Source of the DNA: Paramoeba atlantica
Taxonomy: Eukaryota > Protista > Discosea
Assembly: GCA_977017575.1 (NCBI GenBank)
Contig: CDRNVI010000139.1
Location: 1-64,000 of the forward strand
Direction of reading: 5' to 3'
DNA length: 64,000 bases
Part shown: positions 14,915 through 26,000 of the stretch, piece by piece
How the letters are laid out: each line of letters begins with the position of its first letter
How positions within the stretch are numbered: the stretch's first letter is position 1
Notes under the pieces: generated by a model
What the model saw: only the letters and a program-made list of their open reading frames with translations
What the model was told of the DNA's origin: nothing
Databases searched by the model: none
Translations under genes and position numbers: made by a program

Positions 14915-17262
14915 TCTCTTATTTCTTGCTTCACCAGACTGGCAACTCGAGACTCTTGGTCCAATTTCTATTTTTGTTTTGAGTTTTTATTCTTTAACAA
15001 GAGAATAAAAAGGAAAAAGAAAATTAAAGGAACCTAATTCATGATAAACCTTCTTTGCAAAAAAGGAGAATCCAAACAAAGAGAAGTAAATCCTTTTTTT
15101 AGCTTCTTTTCAAACGATAAGAGAGGGGAGATCATCAATTGGTGATATCCTTGTAATATTCAATTTACTTGTTCACCAATCAATCGGAAATGTTCTTTCT
15201 TTTCTCCTTTCTTCTTTATAGCAACATAGAGCTTGTAAATTGTCTTTGCAAAAGACCTCAACTGCAGTTCATTTTCCAACTTTTTAATAATCACCGTCAG
15301 AACTTGTTTTCCATAGTCCTCATTTGAACTCAAAAAATCAAAAAAAGTAGTCAAGAGAGCAAGAGTTGCAGAACACTTCGCATGTAACTGCCCATTGGGG
15401 TAAATCGTTCGCAAATTGAAAGGATTGGTCCACCTTTTTGACTAAAATTTTCTTGTCGGATAAAGAGTGACTCGAATTTGTTCTGGGGTTAACACTTTTG
15501 CAGCTATGAGAAAAAAAGTGAGAAAATAAGAGAAAAGAAAGTGAAAATTTTTATCTGAGAAAAAAAATCTCAAAAAAGAACAACTGGAGAAAGCAAAGAA
15601 GAAAAAAAAGAAAACCTTTTGTCTTCTTTGGTCCTTGTACTCTCCCCAAAAAGCCTAACCTCTGAGCTTTGTTATAATTTTGTTTGTCCTTTTGTTTGGC
15701 CATGAAAACTTATTGATAATTCTCTGACAAACTGCTCAGCCATAGATTAGACTTTGGGAGAATCGAAAAATCAACACAAAACACTGGCCATCTTCTCTCT
15801 CAACAAGAAAAAGCGAGAGACAAACGTGATAAATTTGTTTGACGGAAATCAAAGAATGAAACAAAACCTATCAATTGGTCGAAAAAAAAAGTTCCAACAA
15901 AATCGTCTCCTTTCACAAGAGTGAGAACTTTATCTCACAGCAGCAAGCAACACAACACCGCCAAACAAACGAACGTGAAAAAAAAAAAAGAGACCACAAT
16001 TAGCGCCTCAAAAAACTTGCTGTTTTTCGGATTGTTTTGGAGGCGGGGATCAAGGGAAAAAACAAGCCCCTCGATGAAAAAATTTCTCAAAACAAATGTT
16101 ACTCTTCTGATGTCTGCTCTCATTTGTGTTTGTTTATTTCCCAAAGTCTGACCTTTGGTCCTTCCTCTCTCTCTTCTCTCGAATCTGCAAAGCCGATCCA
16201 ATCGTTCTTCTCGATTACAAATAAAGAGCGATGACGTGTTCAGCGTGTCCCGCTTTTTCGCATTGGGATTGCCGGTCACTCGATTTTGATTCACCCACAC
16301 ACTTCTCTTCTTGTTCGCGCCAAGTAAGACGTGTGTAGTTCCAAGAATAAGAAAGGGATAACAAACAGCATCAACACTTGTGGTCAGGCCAAACTCTTCT
16401 TGCTGAGAGAATGAAAGAGTTATTGATCAAAAAAAGAATCAAGAATAAATGAAAGATAATAAACCGACTTCCAAGATCATAAAAGAAATAACAAATGGAA
16501 CCAACTTGAACCTCCCTCGCTGGTGGTTCAAGAATTTCATCAATGATAAAAGAAAAAGAAAAGAAACAGTGACGTAGATTACTTGAATAATGGCATGCAC
16601 GAATTTGAAGGAGACATGAGAGAGCATATTCTTTTTTCTGTTTGAGAAAAGATTGAAAGAAACAGAGACCTTCGTGACGGGAGTGGGTTTCCCGGTCAAT
16701 CCTTCTCCAAAAATCTGATTCTCAAAAAAGAAATTGTTGAGAAGAAACGATGTTCGAAAAAAAAACAGGGGTCCAGACAAAACTCTTGCGAGTATCATCC
16801 TTTCCCCCCAGAATTAAGACTGAAGGATATTAATCTCTCTCAAGTCGGGCTTGATAGACCATTTTTTTTTCGTTGTCTTAAGTTAGCTGTGGGATCAAAA
16901 CGATTTTCTTGTTTGGTTTTTTCTTCTTTTGGGTTTTGACCAAAGAAATGAATCAGAGCAGATTGAAGAGTGACAAGAAATCAATCAATGAGTTTATTGA
17001 GGTTTATTTCCTCATAAATTTTTGGGGTGAAATTTTGGATGGAAGATTTTGGATTCTTTCTGGTTTTTTCCCATTTTTGACCCATGATCCAACAGTGTTT
17101 GGATTGAATTCAAAAACCCTTCAAGTCCCTTCTTGGTGACCTGCAGGTTCGTCAATCATTCTGGAATTCAGTGATCCTCGGAAGTCACAAAACCAGAGGT
17201 AAAACTCCCTCAAACTCCCTCAATCTCCCTCCAGATCAAGAGAACTAAAGAACAAAAGAGTA
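14915..17262 (-). repeat. ~2.3 kb tandem segmental duplication, unit 1 (unit 2 ~17640-19850): unknown gene fragment (block X) + Sar1 remnant + block U
   Basis: Collinear near-identity starting at tctcttatttcttgcttcaccagactggc (14915 and 17640). The track ORFs 15160..15414 and 17714..18082 give the same peptide (DFLSSNEDYGKQVLTVIIKKLENE). Confidence 0.85.
16330..16640 (-). pseudogene. Sar1 remnant B (exon 1 and P-loop deleted, 3' half deleted)
   Basis: Retains gaggttcaagttggttcc and ARRVWP exon sequence. The start-codon context aagaatatg is fused directly to ctcatgt, deleting the GLDNAGKT exon. Confidence 0.75.
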
Positions 17263-17610
17263 TTTTAAACTTCAAAACCAAGAAAAGAGTGTCTACATTT
17301 CTCCATTCTTTCCATCAACCACTCGAACCCTTCTGAAAAAAAAATTAGAAAAGAAAGAGAAAACGGAAAGAAAGAAAGAGGAACCCACACGGTGAACAAA
17401 AGAACACATGAAAACTTCAATTTGTCTTTCCTCTGTTGCACAATACCTTCCCTATTTTTTTTTCAATAATTACTCTCTTCAAATTTCTCTTTTTTTCTTT
17501 CTTTCTTTCCAAGACAGAAAAATTGAAACGAGAATAAAATATTTGAAGAGAGATTCGAAGGAAAAAAGTTGAAAACAACCAAGAGAGTTTGTTCATACTT
17601 TGTTCTTTAA
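17262..17610 (-). pseudogene. Sar1 remnant: last two exons fused to an exon-1-like segment
   Basis: Matches the 3' exons of copies A/D/E (gaagttttcatgtgttcttttg; gagtggttgatggaaagaatgg), joined to an MNKLSWLFSTFF-like exon 1; the central exons are missing. Confidence 0.65.
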
Positions 17611-18919
17611 TATCCACTTTTTTTAATTCGTTCTTTTTGTCTCTTATTTCTTGCTTCACCAGACTGGCAACTCGAAACTCTTGGTCCAATTTCTATTTTT
17701 TTGTTTTGAGTTTTTATTCTTTAACAAGAGAATAAAAAGGAAAAAGAAAATTAAAGGAACCTAATTCATGATAAACCTTCTTTGCAAAAAAAGGGGAATC
17801 CAAACAAAGAGAAGTAAATCCTTTTTTTAGCTTCTTTTCAAACGATAAGAGAGGGGAGATAATCAATCGGTGATACCCTTGTAATATTCGATTTGCTTGT
17901 TCACCAATCAATCGGAAATGTTCTTTCTTTTCTCCTTTCTTCTTTATAGCAACATAGAGCTTGTAAATTGTCTTTGCAAAAGACCTCAACTGCAGTTCAT
18001 TTTCCAACTTTTTAATAATCACCGTCAGAACTTGTTTTCCATAGTCCTCATTTGAACTCAAAAAATCAAAAAAAGTAGTCAAGAGAGCAAGAGTTGCAGA
18101 ACACTTCGCATGTAACTGCCCATTGAGGTAAATCGTTCAGAAATTGAAAGGATTGGTCCACCTTTTTGACTAAAATTTTCTTGTCGGATAAAGAGTGACT
18201 CGAATTTGTTCTGGGGTTAACACTTTTGCAGCTATGAGAAAAAAAGTGAGAAAATAAGAGAAAAGAAAGTGAAAATTTTTATCTGAGAAAAAAAATCTCA
18301 AAAAAGAACAACTGGAGAAAGCAAAGAAGAAAAAAAAGAAAACCTTTTGTCTTCTTTGGTCCTTGTACTCTCCCCAAAAAGCCTAACCTCTGAGCTTTGT
18401 AAAAACTTTGTTTGTCCTTTTGTTTGGCCATGAAAACTTATTGATAATTCTCCGACAAACTGCTCATGCCTTATATTAGACTTTGGAGAATCGAAAAATC
18501 AACACAAAACACTGGCCATCTTCTCTCTAAATAAGAAAAAAGACAAACATCACTTGTGATAAATTTGTCAACCACCTCGTCATCAAAAACTAGTTCAAAA
18601 AAAAAAGGAGTTTTTTTGTTTGACGTAACTCAAAGAATAAAACAAAACCTATCAATTGGTCGAAAAAGAAAGTTCCAACAAAATCGTCTCCTTTCACAAG
18701 AGTGAGAACTTTATCTCACAGCAACAAGCAACACAACACCGCCAAACAAACGAACGTGAAAAAAAAAAAGAGACCACAATCCAGTCGTTCTTCTCGATTA
18801 CAAATAAAGACAAAGAGCGATGACGTGTTCAGCGTGTCCCACATTTTCGCATTGGGCCGTTACTTGCCGGTCACTCGATTTTTCTTCACCCACACACTTC
18901 TCTTCTTGTTAGCGCCAAG

Positions 18920-19210
18920 TAAGTTCCAAGAATAAGAAAGGGATAACAGCATCAACACGGCCAAACTCTTCTTGCTGAGAGAATGAAAGAGTTATTGATC
19001 AAAAAAAAGAATAGAGAATAAATGAAAGATAATAAACCGACTTCCAAGATCATAAAACAAATAACAAATGGAACCAACTTGAACCTCCCTCGCTGGTGGT
19101 TCAAGAATTTCATCAATGATAAAAGAAAAAGAAAAGAAACAGTGACGTAGATTACTTGAATAATGGCATGCACGAATTCGAAGGAGACATGAGAGAGCAG
19201 AGTCTTTTTT
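18920..19210 (-). pseudogene. Sar1 remnant C (duplicate of remnant B)
   Basis: Same deletions as 16330-16640; part of the 2.3 kb duplication. Confidence 0.75.
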
Positions 19211-19850
19211 CCGTTTGAAAAAGATTGAAAGAAACAGAGACCTTCGTGACGGGAGTGGGTTTCCCGGTCAATCCTTCTCCAAAAATCTGATTCTCAAAAA
19301 AGAAATTGTTGAGAAGAAACGATGTTCGAAAAAAAAACAGGGGTCCAGACAAAACTCTTGCGAGTATCATCCTTTCCCCCCAGAATTAAGACTGAAGGAT
19401 ATTAATCTCTCTCAAGTAAGGCTTGATAGACCATTTTTTTTTCGTTGTCTTAAGTTAGCTGTGGGATCAAAACGATTTTCTTGTGTTTGGTTTTTCTTCT
19501 TTGGGTTTTGACCAAGAAACGAATCAAAGCAAATTGAAGAGTGACAAGAAATCAATCAATGAGTTTATTGAGGTTTATTGATCCTCATTCGTCATAAATT
19601 TTTGGGGTGAAATATTGGATGGAAGATTTTGGATTCTTTCTGGTTTTTTCCCATTTTTGACCCATGATCCAACAGTGTTTGGATTGAATTCAAAACCCTT
19701 CAGTCCCTTCTTGGTGACTTGAAGATTTCTCGATCATTGTGGAATTCCATTCTTAATGGAAATAGCTGGTGCCTCAGAAGTCACAAAACCAGAGGTAAAA
19801 CTCCCTCGATCTCCCTCCAGATCAAGCGAACTAAAGAACAAAAGAATATT

Positions 19851-20922
19851 TTAAACTTCAAAGCCAAAAAAAGAATGTCTACATTTCTCCATTCTTTCCA
19901 TCAACCACTCAATCCCTTGACGATACCCTGAAAAAAAAATTAGAAAAGAAAGAGAAAACGGAAAGAAAGAAAGAGGAACCCACACGGCGAACAAAAGAAC
20001 ACATGAAAACTTCAATTTGTCTTTCCTCTGTTGCACAATACTTTCCCTATTTTCTTTTCAATAATTCTATTACTCTCTTCAAATTTCTCTTTTTTTCTTT
20101 CTTTCAACCTTGCCAGTTAGATTATGAAGATCCAAATGAAAGCAAAGTTCTTCTTCGCTTGCGGCCTGATTGAAAACAGTTCGATGGTAAAGTAAGAGAG
20201 GAAAGAAAAAATAAAAATGGAAAGATACTTCAGGTAAATCAATTTTGTTTCCAAGAATAAGAAAAGGGACGTTTTTAAGTTCAGGGGCTGACAAAAGGGA
20301 TTTTAAGACCTGACTTTGTTTTTAGTTTTTTCAAGAGATTGAACAAAGAAAAGAGAAAAAAATTGAAAGAGAAACCTCTTTTGCTTCTTCAAAACGGTTG
20401 TGATCAGAAGCATCAACTACATAACAAACAGCTTGAACACCCGCGAAGTAGCGATACCAAATTTTTCTAACTAAGAGAAAGAAGGACTTTACAGGAGCAC
20501 AATCCAGTTTTGACATTTTCAAAAGATCAAAAAAAAAAGAAAGTTAAAAAAAGAAAAAATGAAAGGTAAAAACAAACATTGTTGACGACCTCCAAGTTCG
20601 ATAATCGAACAAAGAACAGAACCAACCCGAAATTGCCCTAAACCCAAACAATTCAAAAAAAATTGTTTCTCCAAAATTATGAAAGAAAAAGAAACTTGGA
20701 AGTGCACAACTCGTTGTTGGAGGGGCAAGAGGTCTTTCATTCATGAGATGTACCAAGACTGTTTTTCCACCATTGTCCAGTCCCACGAACAAGAGCCTTG
20801 CAGTTTGTGAAATCACGCCTTTCCAAGACAGAAAAATTGAAACGAGAATAAAATAGAGGGAAAAAAAACAAACCCATCGATGAGAGAGTTTCCCAAAACC
20901 AGTCAGTCCAGTTATCTGACAT
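19851..20922 (-). CDS. SAR1: Divergent Sar1-family GTPase, copy D (appears intact)
   Basis: MSDNWTDWFWETLSSMG|VISQTARLLFVGLDNGGKTV, IELGGRQQ, VVDASDHNRFEEAKE, ILGNKIDLPE, AASEEELCFHL, IEVFMCSF; TAA at 19851. Confidence 0.8.
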
Positions 20923-21329
20923 TTTGAATCTTCTTTTTTGTCACGAAAAACAAAATCTCTTTGAAAGAAAGTGGCTCTCTCTTTTGAAACCAACACGAAC
21001 AAACAGAAAATAACCAAAACTCAGGAACTCAGTTTTCAGGAGCTCAGTAGCTCAGTCAATCGCAGTTTATTGAGGTTGCCATAAATTTTTGGGGATGAAG
21101 GCTTGGATTCTTTGTGATTTTTCCCAATTTTGAACAATGATCCAACAGTATTTGGATTGAATTTAAAAACCCTTCAGTCCCTTCCTCACAATGTGTTTTG
21201 GCGACTTGATCATTGTGGAATTCCATTCTCAATCGAAATCTCTATTACCTCAGTAATCCTCGGAAAACCAGAGGTAAAACTCCCTCGATTTCCCTCCAGA
21301 TCAAGAGAACTAAAGAATGAAAGAGTATT

Positions 21330-22388
21330 TTAAACATGGAGACCAAAAAAAGAGTGTCTACATTTCTCGATTCTTTCCCCCAACCACTCAATCCCTTGAC
21401 GATACCCTGAAAAAAAATTAGAGAAGAAAGAGAAAGAAAACGGAAAGAAAGAGAAAGAGAAAGAAAAAGGAAAGAAAGAGGGACCCACACGACGAACAAA
21501 AGAACACATGAAAACTTCAATTTGTCTTCCCTCTGTTGCACAATACTTTCCCTATTTTCTTCTTTTCAATTCTTTGTTCTCTTCAAATTTCTCTTTTTTT
21601 TCTTTCTTTCTTTCAACCTTACCAGTTAGATTATGAAGATCCAAATGAAAACAAAGTTCTTCTTCACTTGCAGCCTGATTGAGAACAGTTTGATTGGTAA
21701 ATCAAGAGAAAGAATCAAAATTAAAAGATACTTCAGGTAAATCAATTTTGTTTCCAAGGATAAGGACTGGAACATTTTTAAGTTCAGGGGCGGACAAAAG
21801 GGATCTTAATTCCTGAACTTGCTTTAGTTTTTTCAAGAGATTGAACAAAGAAAATTGAAAGAGAAACCTCTTTTGCTTCTTCAAAACGGTTGTGATCAGA
21901 AGCATCAACGACAAAACAAACAGCGCAAATGTCCCCAATAAAGTCATACCATACTCTTCTGGCTAAGAAGGACTTTAGAGGACAGAATCCAATTTTGGCA
22001 TTTTCAAAAAAGTTGAGGAAAATGAAAGACAAAAATAAACGCTGTTGATGTCCTCCAAGATCATAAAACGAACAAAGAACAGAACCAACCCGAAATTTCC
22101 CTAAACCCAAATGATTCAAAAAAAAAAAAAATTGTTTCTCCAAAATTATGAAAGAAAAAGAAACTCTGAAATTGACAAACTGGTTGAGGACCAAGACGAT
22201 TGTCATGCATGAGATGTGCCAAGACTGTTTTTCCACCATTGTCCAGTCCCACGACCAAGAGCCTTGCACTTTTCGAAAAAACACCTTTCCAAGACAGAAA
22301 AATTGAAACGAGAAGAAATCAGAGGGAAAAAAAACAAACCCATCGATGAGAGAGTTTCCCAAAACCAGTCAGTCCAATTATCTGACAT
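21330..22388 (-). CDS. SAR1: Divergent Sar1-family GTPase, copy E (appears intact)
   Basis: MSDNWTDWFWETLSSMG|VFSKSARLLVVGLDNGGKTV, YDLGGHQQ, RRVWYDF, ILGNKIDLPE; same exon structure as copies A and D; TAA at 21330. Confidence 0.8.
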
Positions 22389-23079
22389 TTTGAATCTTCT
22401 TTTTGATCAAGAAAAAAACAAAAGAAAGAGGCTTGTGAAACCAACACGTTCCAGCAGAAAAATCAAAAACTCAGGAACTCAGGAATCAGGAGTTCAGAAA
22501 CTCATTTGAGCTTCGTGAGTTTCACGCGAGTGGGTTTCACGGTCATTTGGCGCCAAAAATCTGATTCCAAGTGCTCGAGAGGACAAAAATCTGAAAGAAA
22601 AATGAAAGCCGCCGAGAGGACAAACTGGGTGGTTCAAAAAAGCAACTGGGGAGAAGAAAAGATGTTCGAAAAAAAAAAAGAGGGGTCCAGACAAAACTCT
22701 TGCGAGTATCATCCTTTCCCCCCAGAATTTTACATTTTGAAGGATATGAATCTCTCTCAAGTAGGGCTTGATAGACTATTTTTGTTTTGTTGTCTTAAGT
22801 TAGCTGTGGGATCAAAACGATTTTCTTGTGTTTGATTTTTCTTCTTTGGGTTTGGACCAAGAAACGAATCAGAGCAGATTGAAGAGTGACAAGAAATCAA
22901 TCAATGAGTTTTATTGAGGTTTATTGATCCTCATTCGTCATAAATTTTTGGGGTGAAATATTGGATGGAAGATTTTGGATTCTTTCTGGTTTTTTTCCCA
23001 TTTTTGATCCAACAGCGTTATGGAAAATTGTTTTCTTTATTTTTTTAGAATATCTCTCTGTGTTTCCATCAGAAGACAT

Positions 23080-26000
23080 CTAATTTGTCTCCAATTCAGG
23101 ATCATCAGAAATTAATTGAGCCGTTTCCTAATTCATGATATTGAGAGACAGAAGAGAAGAAAGAAAAAAGTTTTGAAAGAAGAAAGAAAAAGGTAAAACC
23201 TGCAAAACTGTCAACCATTGTTGGCAAGTTTGTCGACTTTCAGCTTGAAGGAAAAATGTTCGATTTTCTGGATGGAAAATTCGAATTGAATTGACCCGAT
23301 TTGTTTCGCTGTCTGCTTCCTCAACTTCACATCCAAAAAGATCAATTCTGAGAGAAAAAGAGTTCAGTTATTATTCTTCGATTTCGTCAAGTTGGAAAGG
23401 ATAAATTATCAAAACAAATCCTCCCTTCTTTGTTAGAAAGAGAGAAAAAAAGAGAAAGAAAATGAATTTTGAGAAAAATACCTTCCCAGAGCAATTTCAG
23501 ATTTGCTTTCTGATTTGAAATAAAACAAACAAAAAGAATGGGAACTGTTCGCAAGCACAAAATACCTGAACAATTTATTTAGTAAATTAAATTTTTACTC
23601 AAACACCAAACAAAGAGAGAAGAAAGAAGAGAGAGAGTGCGAAAGAGAGGAAAGAGCGAGAGGAAAGAGAAAAGAAGAAATAAAAAAAGACCTCTTCCTC
23701 CAAGAGCGAACAAAACCTCCTTCTTTCTTCAACCAACCACGAAAACGAGGGCGAATATCATTCAATCTCACTGTTATATCTAGTTTTTTTGGTGATCCTG
23801 AAAAGATCTCCATTTTGCTTACTGAAAGAAAGAAGAAAGAAGAAAGAATGGTCAATTTGAGAAAAGAGAAGAGAAAGGGAAAGGGAAGAGAGAAAAAGGG
23901 GAAAGAGGAAGAGAGAGAGAGAAAAGAGAGAAAAAAATATACCTCTAATACTGGCAGCTCGAGAAAATTGAGGATTGAGACCTGTCGCTCGAGATTGTGA
24001 TGGTGGTGGTTCTGCTGCTACACTTTGTACCATTTTCTATTTTTTTTTTAATATTAAATAATTATTTTAATTATTTTAAATATTTTAAATATTTTAAGAT
24101 TGTTATTTACTAAATTTTTTTTTTGATTTCAATCAGATTAAAATTTGGATATTAAAGAAGAGAAGAGAAAAGAGAGAGAACCTGTCTTTCATCTTGGAGT
24201 TGTTTTTCATAATTTGGAGCTTCTTTTAATTGTGAAGAAAGAAGACGATTCTGGGCTTCTAATTTTTCATATTCTGCTTCTAATTCTTTTAACATCTCTT
24301 CCTGTTTGCGAGAGAGAAAAGAGATAAGAGAAGAAAGAAGAGAAGAGAGAAGAGAAGAAGAGAGGAATTTTCAAAAGACATTCACAGAAAAAAAAGACTT
24401 TAAAAGAAAAAAACCTGTTCGATAATTTCTGCTTCCGTTTGTTGTACATCTGTCACAAAAGAAAGAAAAGTTTTTTGATTATTCAATATTTAAAAAATAA
24501 ATTTTATTTCTTTTAAAAAGGGTGATTTAAAGTCTTTTAGTTTTTTTAAAGATTTGATTAAAAATTGAAATTGAAATAAAAACCTCCTCCATTTGCATCA
24601 ATTTCGGATTCCATATTTTCATTTTTCTCTTTTTGTGCTTGAATCTGTTTTTTTTCGTCTTCAAAAAACAACATCTACTTTTCTTATTCCTGTCTCTTTT
24701 CTTTCTCTCTTTCTCTCTTTCTCTTTCTTTCTTTTCTTTTCTCTCGTTCAAAACCTCATTTGCTTTGGTGAGATGTTGGAGCTCCATCGACGCAATTGCC
24801 TTTTCAACTTCTTCCAAGGAACTTTTCTATTTCAAAGGAAAGATTATTTCGCGAAGAAAAATAAAAAAAACAAATCAATAAAAAATGAATAAATAATAAT
24901 AAAAAATTGATAATGAATTCTGATCAAAAATAAAATAATGAAGAAAATGGTCTTGATGTCCAAACACAAAATAAAAGATCATTTTGTTAAAAAAAAAGGT
25001 TATTTTTCAAAAAAAAAAAAACCTGAGATTTAACTGTTGATTGAAGTCCTGTCATCCTCCCCCGTGCCTGAGAGAAGAGAAAGAAAAAGAGAAGAGAGGA
25101 AGAGGAGACAAGGGTAAGAAGGAATGGGAGAAGAAAAGAAAAGAAAGGATAAGAAAGAGAAAAGAGAAAGGAAAAGGAAAGAGAGAAAGGAAAAAAAGAA
25201 AAGACCTCTTCACGGTCTCGAGCAAGAGCAGAAATTTCCGATCGTAAACGCAACAAATCACTTCTCAACTGAAAAAATAAGAATAAACAGAAAGAAAAGG
25301 AAGAGAAAGAAGAGAGAAAGAAGAGAGAGAGAAAAGAAAGAAGAGAATGAGAGAAAGAAGAGGTAGAAAGAAGAGGAAGAGAAATAAAAAAGAAGGAAAG
25401 AACAGAGAGAAGAGAGAGAGAAAAAAGAAAGAAATAAAAGAAACTGATTCTCGCCTTTCGATTCTCTCCATTGACTCTTTTTCTTCTTCATCAATTTGCT
25501 GTAAAATCTGTGAAAGAGAAAAGAAAGATCCTTTTTAGGGAAAGAGAGAGAGAGAGAAAAGAAAAGAAAAAAGAGAAAAACTTTATCATTTTCGGCTTTT
25601 GATGCGTCCAATTTCTCCTAAAGAAAAGATTCAGAAAAAATCAAGAAATGTTGTTGTTTGGCAAATAATTTAAAAATAATAATTATTAAATAATAATATT
25701 AACGAAAAATTAGTTCAATAAATAAAAAATAAAAATAAAAAATAAAAATAAATAAAAATAAAAAATAAAAATAAATAAAAATAAAAAACAAAACTGTAAG
25801 AGCATGGAGTTCAGAACTAACTCTCATAAATGATTCATGAAAATCTTCATCTTGTTCATTTATTTCCTTTGTCTATTGTAAAGAAGAGAGAAAGAGAGAG
25901 AGAGAGAGAGAGGAGAGAGGAGAGAGGAGTAAAGAGAGATGGGAGAAGAGACGGGAGTAGAAAAAAATTAATTAGTGAGAAAGGGAAAAAAGAGAAAGAG

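Noticed and set aside
13100-23015. Repeats as a CRISPR array or transposon
   Set aside because: The units are gene-sized duplications with spliceosomal introns. There is no short repeat-spacer periodicity, terminal inverted repeat, or transposase/RT/cas ORF.
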